Position numbers and translations under genes: made by a program
Source of the DNA: Acidobacteriota bacterium
Lineage (GTDB): Bacteria > Acidobacteriota > Vicinamibacteria > Vicinamibacterales > CAVVIG01
Assembly (NCBI GenBank): GCA_025358945.1
Contig: JANYHS010000217.1
Location: forward strand, 1-47,007
Reading direction: 5' to 3'
DNA: 47,007 nucleotides
Notes under the pieces: model-generated
Seen by the model: the letters and a program-made list of their open reading frames with translations, nothing else
The model's database searches: none
What the model was told of the DNA's origin: nothing
In this document: positions 27,379 through 35,653 of the stretch, one piece after another
How positions within the stretch are numbered: the stretch's first letter is position 1
How the letters are laid out: each line of letters begins with the position of its first letter

Positions 27379-28363
27379 GCCGCAGGCCTTCGGTCTCGAT
27401 GCGGTAGTCGAGCAGCCGGGCGCCGCCGGCCGCAAGCGCGTCCGCGATCGCCGCGTGCGCGCGTGGCGGACCGTAACAGAACAGACAGCCGCCACCGCCG
27501 GCGCCACAGACCTTCGCCGCGGTTGCGCCGGCCACTTGCGCGCGGGCGATCAGATCGTCAATGGTCGGCGTGGTGACGCCGGGCGCCAGCCGCTTGCGAT
27601 TGTCCCATTCGATTGCGATCTGCCGGCCGACTTCGTCCCAGTCGCCACGCTCGAGCGCGGCCCGCATCGCGACCGCCGTATCGCGGATGCGCTCGAAGCA
27701 GTCGAAGATGTGCCGGTCGCCGTCAATGTGGCGCTTCGTGATGTCCCAGTTGTTCGTTCCCGAATTACGCGGCGCGCCTGTGTACGCGAGGACGATGCGC
27801 TGCTCGAGGTCTGCGGGGTCCACGTCGATGGCCCTGCGCGAGATACCGGTGACGCCGAGTTCGATGGCCGCGATGCCGCCGTACAGCGCGGGCCGGTAGT
27901 CCTGCACGCCGGTTGGCACGCGGATCGTCTGACACTCGACGTTCATGGCGACCTGCAGCAGGTGCTCGGGGTCAGATGACGACTGCGTCCAACGGGCGAG
28001 GGCGCCGCAGACAGCTATCGTCAACGCGGATGAGCCGGCGATGCCCGCCCCGGCCGGCGATTCGCCGCGCGTCGTCAGTGTGGCGTTGTCCAGCCGGTAG
28101 TGACGGGCGAGGAGCGCGAGCAGCGGCAGATCGCCGGTCCCGTCGAGCTCGGACCAGTGCGCCGCGCGGCACACGCGATCGGTGTCCAGCGACCGCAATT
28201 CGATTGCGCCATCGGTCCGCGAGGCAATCTCGGCGTGCGCGCGCAGGCTGATCGCCGCGTTCAGCGTCGTCGCGCCGTCGTGGAAGAGATACAGCGGCCA
28301 GATGTCGATGGAGCCGCCGGCGAGGTCGATGCGTGTGGGGGCCGAGGAAACGATGCGGTTCAC
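27371..28363 (-). CDS. GHMP-family sugar kinase (fucokinase / heptose-kinase-like)
   Basis: GTG start. Contains APTRIDLAGGSIDIWPLY, the GHMP motif II ESPAGAGIAGSSALTIA, and KVCGAGGGGCLF. Confidence 0.75.
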   Translation of the reverse strand: MNRIVSSAPTRIDLAGGSIDIWPLYLFHDGATTLNAAISLRAHAEIASRTDGAIELRSLDTDRVCRAAHWSELDGTGDLPLLALLARHYRLDNATLTTRGESPAGAGIAGSSALTIAVCGALARWTQSSSDPEHLLQVAMNVECQTIRVPTGVQDYRPALYGGIAAIELGVTGISRRAIDVDPADLEQRIVLAYTGAPRNSGTNNWDITKRHIDGDRHIFDCFERIRDTAVAMRAALERGDWDEVGRQIAIEWDNRKRLAPGVTTPTIDDLIARAQVAGATAAKVCGAGGGGCLFCYGPPRAHAAIADALAAGGARLLDYRIETEGLRLG

Positions 28364-28372
28364 TAGCGGGAA

Positions 28373-28400
28373 ATTATAGCGGACGGGTACAATCTGTCGC
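28373..28400 (-). promoter_or_regulatory. Promoter for the GHMP kinase-polX operon, with -10 only 9 nt from the GTG start
   Basis: On the minus strand: GCGACA, a 16-bp spacer, then TATAAT. On the plus strand a TACAAT (28388-28393) sits 8 nt before the nagZ ATG. Confidence 0.45.
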
Positions 28401-28401
28401 G

Positions 28402-29499
28402 ATGTCTCCGAGCGCTCTTCGCCGCCAGGTCGGTCAACTGCTCATCGCGGGCTTCGACGGGCGCCAGATCCCGACCGAACTGCGCTCGCTGGCCCGGGAG
28501 TTCGGGCTGGGCGGGGTGATTTTGTTCGCGCGAAACATCGCGGAGCCCGAGCAGGTGGCCGAGGTCGCGTTCGAAGCCGCGCGCCTGGTTCCGGAACTGC
28601 CGGCGTGGGTGTCGGTGGACCAGGAGGGCGGGCGCGTGGCCCGGTTAAAGGCGCCGTTCACCGAATGGCCGCCGATGGCCACGCTCGGCCGCAGCGGCGA
28701 CGTGACGCTGGCGGAGCGGTTTGCCCGCGCACTGGCGTCCGAGTTGAAGGCGGTCGGCATCACGCTCGACTACGCACCAGTGCTCGACATCCACACCAAT
28801 TCGAAGAATCCGGTGATCGGCGATCGCGCGCTGGCGGAGAAGGCCGACGAGGTCGCGCGCCTCGGCAGCGCCATCGTCCGCGTGCTGCAGGGCGAAGGGA
28901 TCGCCGCGTGCGGTAAACATTTTCCAGGACACGGCGACACGAGCACCGATTCGCATCTCGAGCTGCCTCTCGTGGAGCATCCGCCGGACCGGCTGCGCCG
29001 GGTCGAGTTCGTGCCGTTCGTGGCGGCAGTTGAGGCTGGCGTCGCGACGATCATGACGGCGCACGTCCTGGTGCCGTCGCTCGACGAGAAGCGTCCGGCG
29101 TCGCTGTCCCGACACATCATCACCGACCTGCTGCGGCATGAGCTGCGGTACGAGGGCGTAATCCTCAGCGACGATCTCGAGATGAAAGCGATTGCGGCGG
29201 CCTACGAAGTGCCGGAGGCGGCGGTCATGGCGATCGAGGCCGGGTGCGACGGCGTGCTGATCTGCAGCGGCGATCACGAGACGCAGGGCGCGGCGCTCGA
29301 AGCGCTGGTCTATGCCGTCGAACAGGATCGTCTCCCGATCTCGCGCGTCGAGGACGCGCTGTTGCGTCAGCGCCGCGCGAAGGGCCGGTTCCTCGCGGCG
29401 TCAGTCGCGGCGAAACCCGCAGCCGGACCCACACTGCGGGCGCGGCTCGGCCGAGACGAACATCGCGCGATTGCCGACGAGATGGCGCGCTTCCTGTGA
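28402..29499 (+). CDS. nagZ: Beta-N-acetylhexosaminidase NagZ (GH3)
   Basis: Contains VGQLLIAGF, GGVILFARN, VDQEGGRVARL, KHFPGHGDT and VILSDDLEM. Confidence 0.85.
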   Translation: MSPSALRRQVGQLLIAGFDGRQIPTELRSLAREFGLGGVILFARNIAEPEQVAEVAFEAARLVPELPAWVSVDQEGGRVARLKAPFTEWPPMATLGRSGDVTLAERFARALASELKAVGITLDYAPVLDIHTNSKNPVIGDRALAEKADEVARLGSAIVRVLQGEGIAACGKHFPGHGDTSTDSHLELPLVEHPPDRLRRVEFVPFVAAVEAGVATIMTAHVLVPSLDEKRPASLSRHIITDLLRHELRYEGVILSDDLEMKAIAAAYEVPEAAVMAIEAGCDGVLICSGDHETQGAALEALVYAVEQDRLPISRVEDALLRQRRAKGRFLAASVAAKPAAGPTLRARLGRDEHRAIADEMARFL

Positions 29500-30422
29500 T
29501 GCGCAAACCTCGAGCGCTAGCCCAAGGCGACCGCCTGGCGATTGTCGCCCCAGCCAGCCCGTTCACCCGCGAGGAGTTCGACAGCGGCGTGCAGGAGATC
29601 CGGCGGCTCGGGTTCGTGCCGGTGTACGACGATTCCGTCTTTGCCCGGCAGCGTTACGTCGCCGGCTCGGCACAAATCCGTGCGGCAGCGATTCATGCCG
29701 CGTGGCGCGATCCGTCCGTCGCCGGCCTGATCGGCGTCCGCGGCGGTTACGGCAGCGCACAGGTCCTGCCGCTGCTCGATCGCGACGAGGCACGCCGCGC
29801 GTGCAAGCCGTTCATCGGGTACAGCGATCTCACGTCTGTCCTGACGTTTCTGACAACCGGGTGCGACCTCGTGGCGTTCCACGGTCCGATGCTCGCCGGC
29901 CGCCTTGGTCGCGGTGCGGAGGGCTACGACGAGGATTCGTTCATCCGCGCGCTCTGCCGGAACGAGCCGCTCGGCGAGCTGACGCCGCCAGGACTCGAAG
30001 CGCTTGAACCGGGAGAGGCGAGCGGCGTGCTGCTCGGCGGTACGCTGACGCAGTTGCTGGCATCGCTCGGCACGCCGTACGCGTTCGCGCCGCCGGCAGG
30101 CTACGTCCTGTTTCTCGAGGACGTGGGCGAGCGTCCGTACCGTCTCGACCGCATGGTCACGCAATTGAAGCAGACCGGTCTGCTCGCGAGCGCCTCCGCC
30201 GTCGTCATCGGCGAGTTGCCGAAGTGCGACGAGCCGTCGGGCGATCCCACGGCGCGCGCGGTGATGGCTGATCTGTTCGCCGATTTTCCAGGACCCGTGC
30301 TGATCGGTTTCCCGTCGGGCCACACCGCAGGCGCCGCCATGACGCTGCCGTTCGGCGTGCACGCGCGCGTCGTCTCCGGCCCGCGTCCGCGCCTGGTGAT
30401 CGAAGAGTCTGCCGTCCAATGA
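29499..30422 (+). CDS. ldcA: LD-carboxypeptidase (peptidase S66)
   Basis: Contains GDRLAIVAPASPF, RGGYGSAQVLPLLD, GYSDLT and GFPSGHT. Confidence 0.8.
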   Translation: MRKPRALAQGDRLAIVAPASPFTREEFDSGVQEIRRLGFVPVYDDSVFARQRYVAGSAQIRAAAIHAAWRDPSVAGLIGVRGGYGSAQVLPLLDRDEARRACKPFIGYSDLTSVLTFLTTGCDLVAFHGPMLAGRLGRGAEGYDEDSFIRALCRNEPLGELTPPGLEALEPGEASGVLLGGTLTQLLASLGTPYAFAPPAGYVLFLEDVGERPYRLDRMVTQLKQTGLLASASAVVIGELPKCDEPSGDPTARAVMADLFADFPGPVLIGFPSGHTAGAAMTLPFGVHARVVSGPRPRLVIEESAVQ

Positions 30423-31816
30423 GCAAGATTCATCTAATCGGTGTCTGCGGAACGGCGATGGCCACGCTCGCGGCGATGTTGAAACGAAAAGGGCACGACA
30501 TTCAGGGATCCGATCAGGACGTCTATCCGCCGATGAGCGACTTCCTCGCCTCCGAGGGCATTCGCACACTCACCGGGTACACCCCCGACCACATCACCGG
30601 CGATCTCGACCTCGTGGTCGTCGGCAACGCGATCTCGCGCGGGAACCTGGAACTCGAGGAAACGCTCGATCGAAAGATTCGCTACTGCTCATTGCCAGAG
30701 GCGATCCGCGAGCACTTCCTCTGGGGCGCGCGGTCGATCGTGCTCGCCGGCACGCACGGCAAAACGACCACGACCTCGCTGACTGGCTGGCTGCTGACGC
30801 ACGGCGGCGTCGATCCCAGCGTGCTCGTCGGCGGCATCGCACGCAATTTTGGTGAGCACGGGTCGAGCTACCGCATCGGTCACGGGCGCGACTTCGTGAT
30901 CGAAGGTGACGAGTACGACAGCGCATTCTTCGACAAGACCGCGAAGTTTCTGAAGTATCTGCCGGACATCGCCGTCATCAACAACGTCGAGTTCGATCAC
31001 GCGGACATCTACGCCGACTTCGAGGCGGTGACGCTCGCGTTCCGTCGTTTCGTGAACCTCGTCCCGCGGCGCGGTCTGCTGCTCGTCGGCGCCGACAGCC
31101 CGGGCGCGCGCGCGCTGGTCCGCAGCGCAGTCTCCCGCGTGCAGACCTTCGGCACCGGCGAGGATGTGGACTGGCAGGCGCACGACTTGGAACCGGCCGG
31201 CGCGTCCACGCGATTCAAGGTGCGGCGTGACGGCTCGCCCTTCGGCGTCTTCGACGTGCCGCTGGTCGGCGCCTACAACGTGCGCAATGCGACCGCAGCG
31301 ATCGCCGTTGCGACCGAGGTCGGCATCAGTCTGGAGCGGATCGCTGAAGGACTGCGCGCGTTTGCCGGCGTGAAGCGACGGCTCGAGATTGTTGGCATCG
31401 TCGACGATGTCACCGTGTACGACGACTTCGCGCATCACCCGACTGCGGTCGCCGAGACCCTGGCGGGGCTGCGCGCGTCGAACCCTGACGCGCGGATCTG
31501 GGCGGTGTTCGAGCCGCGGTCCGCTTCGTCGTGCCGGCGGGTATTTCAGGGTGATTTCGCGCGCGCGTTTGCCGGTGCGAACGAGGTGCTGCTGGCGCCG
31601 ATCTTCCGATCGACGCTCCCTGAATCCGAGCGGTTGTCGATCCCGCAGCTGGTCTGCGATCTGCACGCGCAGGGCGTCTCGGCGCACGAGGCCGAATCGA
31701 TCGACGACATCGTCGAGCGCATCGTGAAGGGACATCAGTCGGGTGACCTCGTGGTGCTGATGTCGAACGGCGGCTTCGGCGGGATTCATCAGAAGCTGCT
31801 GCAGGCATTGGCGTGA
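30419..31816 (+). CDS. mpl: UDP-N-acetylmuramate:L-Ala-gamma-D-Glu-meso-DAP ligase
   Basis: MSKIHLIGVCGTAMATLAAMLKRKGHDIQGSD, GTHGKTTTTS, EGDEYDSAFFDK and DDFAHHP. This is Mpl-type rather than MurC by its N-terminal signature. Confidence 0.8.
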   Translation: MSKIHLIGVCGTAMATLAAMLKRKGHDIQGSDQDVYPPMSDFLASEGIRTLTGYTPDHITGDLDLVVVGNAISRGNLELEETLDRKIRYCSLPEAIREHFLWGARSIVLAGTHGKTTTTSLTGWLLTHGGVDPSVLVGGIARNFGEHGSSYRIGHGRDFVIEGDEYDSAFFDKTAKFLKYLPDIAVINNVEFDHADIYADFEAVTLAFRRFVNLVPRRGLLLVGADSPGARALVRSAVSRVQTFGTGEDVDWQAHDLEPAGASTRFKVRRDGSPFGVFDVPLVGAYNVRNATAAIAVATEVGISLERIAEGLRAFAGVKRRLEIVGIVDDVTVYDDFAHHPTAVAETLAGLRASNPDARIWAVFEPRSASSCRRVFQGDFARAFAGANEVLLAPIFRSTLPESERLSIPQLVCDLHAQGVSAHEAESIDDIVERIVKGHQSGDLVVLMSNGGFGGIHQKLLQALA

Positions 31817-32490
31817 ACGCGTTCCGCATCGTGCCGGCTGGCGACTCCGCCCTCATCGTCGAATTCGAGGAGCGGATCGATCCGGACGTCAACGCGAAGG
31901 CGATTGCGTGCGCCGAGGCGATTCAGGCCGCGCACCTCGCCGGCGTTCGCGACGTGGTGCCCACCTACCGATCTGTTGCCGTGTACTTCGATCCGCTCAG
32001 GACCGACGGCGATGCGCTCTCCGCGTGTCTGGAGCGCGAGGCGGGGCAGTCGATGCCGACGGCTGCAGCGGCCCGCGCGCCCGTGCGGATCCCGGTGTGC
32101 TACGGCGGTGAACTCGGTCCCGATCTCACCGGCGTTGCGTCGTTCGCCCGGATGCCAGAGGCCGACGTGGTGCGCATCCATACGTCGGGCACCTACCGCG
32201 TGTTCATGCTCGGGTTCGTGCCCGGCTTTGCCTACCTGGGCATCGTCGACCAACGGATTGCCATGCCGCGCCACGCGTCCCCCCGCGTCCGTGTGCCGAT
32301 CGGATCGGTGGGTATCGCCGGCGTGCAGACCGGCGTCTACCCGGCGGAGACGCCTGGCGGGTGGCAGTTGATCGGCCGGACTCCGGTGAAACCGTTCGAT
32401 ACCGCGCGTGAGGATCCGTGCCTGATGAAAGCGGGCGACGCCGTGCAGTTCTATTCCATCGAGCGGGGTGAGTTCGACCAGTGGATGTAG
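31813..32490 (+). CDS. pxpB: 5-oxoprolinase subunit PxpB / KipI-type (allophanate hydrolase subunit 1 family)
   Basis: Contains GDSALIVEF, DVVPTYRSVAVYFDP, GFVPGFAYLG and IAGVQTGVYP. Confidence 0.8.
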   Translation: MNAFRIVPAGDSALIVEFEERIDPDVNAKAIACAEAIQAAHLAGVRDVVPTYRSVAVYFDPLRTDGDALSACLEREAGQSMPTAAAARAPVRIPVCYGGELGPDLTGVASFARMPEADVVRIHTSGTYRVFMLGFVPGFAYLGIVDQRIAMPRHASPRVRVPIGSVGIAGVQTGVYPAETPGGWQLIGRTPVKPFDTAREDPCLMKAGDAVQFYSIERGEFDQWM

Positions 32491-33464
32491 CCCCGGAGGC
32501 CGTAGCGCGAAGGCTTGAGCCGAGCGGCGTGCTGGTCATCAGACCCGGCATGCTGACGACCGTGCAGGACGCCGGCCGCTGGGGATTTCAGTCGAGCGGT
32601 GTGCCGGTTGCCGGACCGATGGATCCCGTCTCCCATCGTCTCGCGAACGCCCTGGTCGGCAACAGCCGCGATGCCGCCCTGCTCGAGATCACGCTCCTCG
32701 GACCCGATCTGGAATTCCACGATGAGCGGCTGGTCGCCGTGACCGGCGCGGAATTCGATCTGGCTCTCGACGGACATCCCGTGCCGTCGTACGCGCCCTT
32801 TACCGTCGCCGCCGGGTCGCGTCTGCGATTCGGCGCCCGGCGGATCGGCGCGCGGGCGTATCTCGCGGTCTCCGGAGGCATCAACGTGCCGCCGACGCTC
32901 GGCAGCCGGTCGACACATCTGGTCAGCGCGATGGGCGGCGTCGACGGACGCGCGCTGATCGCGGGCGACCGCTTGCCGCTGGGCCATCCCAAGCGTGTGC
33001 AGGGGACGGCGCTGGCGCCGCAGGCCGCGATCGTCGCGCTGTCCGATCGCCGCGCTACCATTCGCGTGCTGCCGGGCCCGCAGGTCGAGTACTTTGCCCA
33101 ACGTGCGCTCGACGTCCTGCAATCCGGCCCGTATGTCATTGCCCGGAACTCCGATCGCATGGGGTTCCGGCTCGAAGGTCCGCGCCTGACGCACGCGCGC
33201 GGCGCCGACATCATTTCCGACGCGACGCCGCTCGGCGTCCTTCAGGTGCCGGCGTCCGGTCAGCCGATCCTCCTGATGGCCGATCGCCAGACGACGGGCG
33301 GGTATCCGAAGATCGCGACGGTGATTGCGGCCGACATGACCAGTGCCGGGCAACTCGGTCCCGGCGACGCGATCACGTTCCAGGTCTGCACACCACATGA
33401 CGCGTTGACGGCGCTGATCGCGCAGGAACGCGCGCTGATGGCTGTGGAGGAGCGCCGCTCGTGA
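32481..33464 (+). CDS. pxpC: 5-oxoprolinase subunit PxpC / KipA-type (allophanate hydrolase subunit 2 family)
   Basis: Contains PGMLTTVQDAGRWGFQSSGVPVAGPMD, ANALVGN, SDRMGFRL and TTGGYPKIATV. Confidence 0.8.
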   Translation: MDVAPEAVARRLEPSGVLVIRPGMLTTVQDAGRWGFQSSGVPVAGPMDPVSHRLANALVGNSRDAALLEITLLGPDLEFHDERLVAVTGAEFDLALDGHPVPSYAPFTVAAGSRLRFGARRIGARAYLAVSGGINVPPTLGSRSTHLVSAMGGVDGRALIAGDRLPLGHPKRVQGTALAPQAAIVALSDRRATIRVLPGPQVEYFAQRALDVLQSGPYVIARNSDRMGFRLEGPRLTHARGADIISDATPLGVLQVPASGQPILLMADRQTTGGYPKIATVIAADMTSAGQLGPGDAITFQVCTPHDALTALIAQERALMAVEERRS

Positions 33465-34396
33465 GCACGTTTGCCGCGGCGATGCAGTCGGCGTTCGGCG
33501 ACGATCGCGTGCGCGCCGGCGTCGCCCTCGCGCCGTACACGACCTTCCGCGTCGGCGGTCCGGCGGACTGGCTGATCGAGACACGCAGCAGCGACGAGAT
33601 CGAGTCGGCGTTGTCGGTCGCGCGTGCGGCGGGCGTGCCGGTGACGATTCTCGGTGGCGGATCGAACGTGCTCATCGCGGACGCCGGCGTCCGGGGTCTG
33701 GTGATCCGGCCGCGTGGCGGAGAGGTGCACGACCTTGGCGACGGTCGCGTGCGCGCGGATGCGGCGGTCACGATCAACGGGCTGGTCCGCTGGACGATCA
33801 ACCATGGCCGCGCCGGGCTCGAAGCGTGGGCGGGCACACCGGGCACCGTCGGCGGCGCGATCGTCGGCAACGCGCACTTCGGCGGCCGACTCATCGGCGA
33901 CCTCGTCAGCGAGGTCCGCCTGATCGCGAGAGACGGCACGCGGATGGACGAGCCTGCGAAGAAGCTGGCCTTCGGATACGATCGCAGCCGCTTGCAGGAA
34001 TCCGGTGAGGTGGTGTTGTCGGCGGTGTTCCGGGTGACGGTGGGCGACCCAGCGGCGCTGCGGGTGATCGCGCGGGAATCGCTGGCGTTTCGGAAACGCA
34101 CCCAGCCCCTCGACACGCCAAGCGCCGGCTGCATCTTTCAGAATCCCGAGCCGGGACGCGACGTGCTGCCAGACGGCGTACCCTGGTCGGCCGGTGCGTT
34201 GGTCGATCGCGCGGGACTCAAAGGCGCGAAAGTCGGCGGCGCGCGCGTCTCGCGGGCGCACGGAAATTTCATCGTGAACGAAGGTCGGGCGAGTGCCGCG
34301 GAGATTCGGGATCTGATCGATCGCTGCAAGGTCGCCGTCCGCAATCGCTTCGGCGTTGATCTCCGAGAAGAAATTGTCTACCTGGGTGACTTCTAA
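33461..34396 (+). CDS. murB: UDP-N-acetylenolpyruvoylglucosamine reductase
   Basis: Contains TTFRVGGPADW, PVTILGGGSNVL, PSAGCIFQNP and HGNFIVN. Confidence 0.9.
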   Translation: MSTFAAAMQSAFGDDRVRAGVALAPYTTFRVGGPADWLIETRSSDEIESALSVARAAGVPVTILGGGSNVLIADAGVRGLVIRPRGGEVHDLGDGRVRADAAVTINGLVRWTINHGRAGLEAWAGTPGTVGGAIVGNAHFGGRLIGDLVSEVRLIARDGTRMDEPAKKLAFGYDRSRLQESGEVVLSAVFRVTVGDPAALRVIARESLAFRKRTQPLDTPSAGCIFQNPEPGRDVLPDGVPWSAGALVDRAGLKGAKVGGARVSRAHGNFIVNEGRASAAEIRDLIDRCKVAVRNRFGVDLREEIVYLGDF

Positions 34397-35653
34397 ATGT
34401 CCACGCTACTGATCGAAGGCGGCCAGCGTCTGTCTGGCGCCGTTGACGTTGAAGGCAACAAGAACGCCGCGCTCCCGCTCCTCGCCGCCTGTCTGTTGAC
34501 GCCGGACGAGTGTGTGCTGACCAATGTGCCACGGATCAGCGACGTCGAGGTGATGGCGCGACTGATCCTCGATCTCGGCGGCGAGGTCGAGGGGATCGGC
34601 AGCACGACCCTGCGCGTGCGCTGCCCGCAGATCGTCAAGGACGAGCCCGACGCGGCACTGGTCGGCCGGCTGCGCGGATCCGTGTTGCTGCTCGGGCCGC
34701 TGCTGGCTCGCCGCGGCCGCGCGATCCTGGCGGCCCCGGGTGGCGATTTTCCTGCGCGCCGCACGATCAACACGCACCTCGAAGCGCTCCAGTCGATGGG
34801 CGTGCGGCAGGTTCCTGGACCGGGCCACATTCTCGAAGCGCCGGATGGTTTGAAGCCGACGTCGATGTATCTGTACGAAGCCTCGGTCACCGGCACCGAA
34901 ACGGCGCTGCTGGCCGCGGCCGCGGCGCCAGGCATCAGCGAGATCCGTCACGCCGCGTGCGAGCCGCACGTCGTTGAACTGTGCGCGTTTCTCGAGCAGC
35001 TGGGTGTCGGTATCAGCGGCGCCGGCACGACCACGATTCGCATCGAGGGCGGCGGGAAACTCCACGGCGCGGAGCACAAGCTCTGGGGCGACTACATCGA
35101 GGCGGGAAGCTGGGCGGTGGTTGCCGCGATCACCGGCGGCGAGATCGAGATTAACGGGGCGCGTGCCCAAGACATGGAAGTGGTGGCGGCGGTGCTCACG
35201 CGCATGAACATCGAGTGCGCGATGCACGGCGAGCTGTTTCGGGTCGAGCAGTCGAAGCTCCGCGCGGCGGGGCGGATCACCACGAGCCTATGGCCGGGAT
35301 TTCCGAGTGATCTCGTCAGCCTGGTGACCGTGCTCGCGACGCAGGCCGAAGGACAGACGCTGATCCACGACTGGCTGTACGAGCTGCGCCTGTTCGCGCT
35401 GGAGCAGATGAGCGGGATGAGCGCGGACCTGTTTCTCTGCGATCCGCACCGGATCATCGTCACGGGTCCGAAGAAACTGCGCGGGCGTCCGCTGGACAGC
35501 CGCGACCTGCGGTCAGGAATGGCGCTGATTGCCGCCGGGTTGGCCGCAGATGGGCAGAGCAGGCTCTCGCCCCTCGAGACGGTCGAGCGCGGCTACGGGC
35601 GACTCGTAGAGCGGTTGCAGGGGCTGGGCGCCAAAGTCGCGAAGATCAGCTAA
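34397..35653 (+). CDS. murA: UDP-N-acetylglucosamine 1-carboxyvinyltransferase
   Basis: VEGNKNAALPLLAA; the active-site loop region GGDFPARRTI has Asp where many MurA enzymes have Cys. FPSDL is also present. Confidence 0.9.
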   Translation: MSTLLIEGGQRLSGAVDVEGNKNAALPLLAACLLTPDECVLTNVPRISDVEVMARLILDLGGEVEGIGSTTLRVRCPQIVKDEPDAALVGRLRGSVLLLGPLLARRGRAILAAPGGDFPARRTINTHLEALQSMGVRQVPGPGHILEAPDGLKPTSMYLYEASVTGTETALLAAAAAPGISEIRHAACEPHVVELCAFLEQLGVGISGAGTTTIRIEGGGKLHGAEHKLWGDYIEAGSWAVVAAITGGEIEINGARAQDMEVVAAVLTRMNIECAMHGELFRVEQSKLRAAGRITTSLWPGFPSDLVSLVTVLATQAEGQTLIHDWLYELRLFALEQMSGMSADLFLCDPHRIIVTGPKKLRGRPLDSRDLRSGMALIAAGLAADGQSRLSPLETVERGYGRLVERLQGLGAKVAKIS

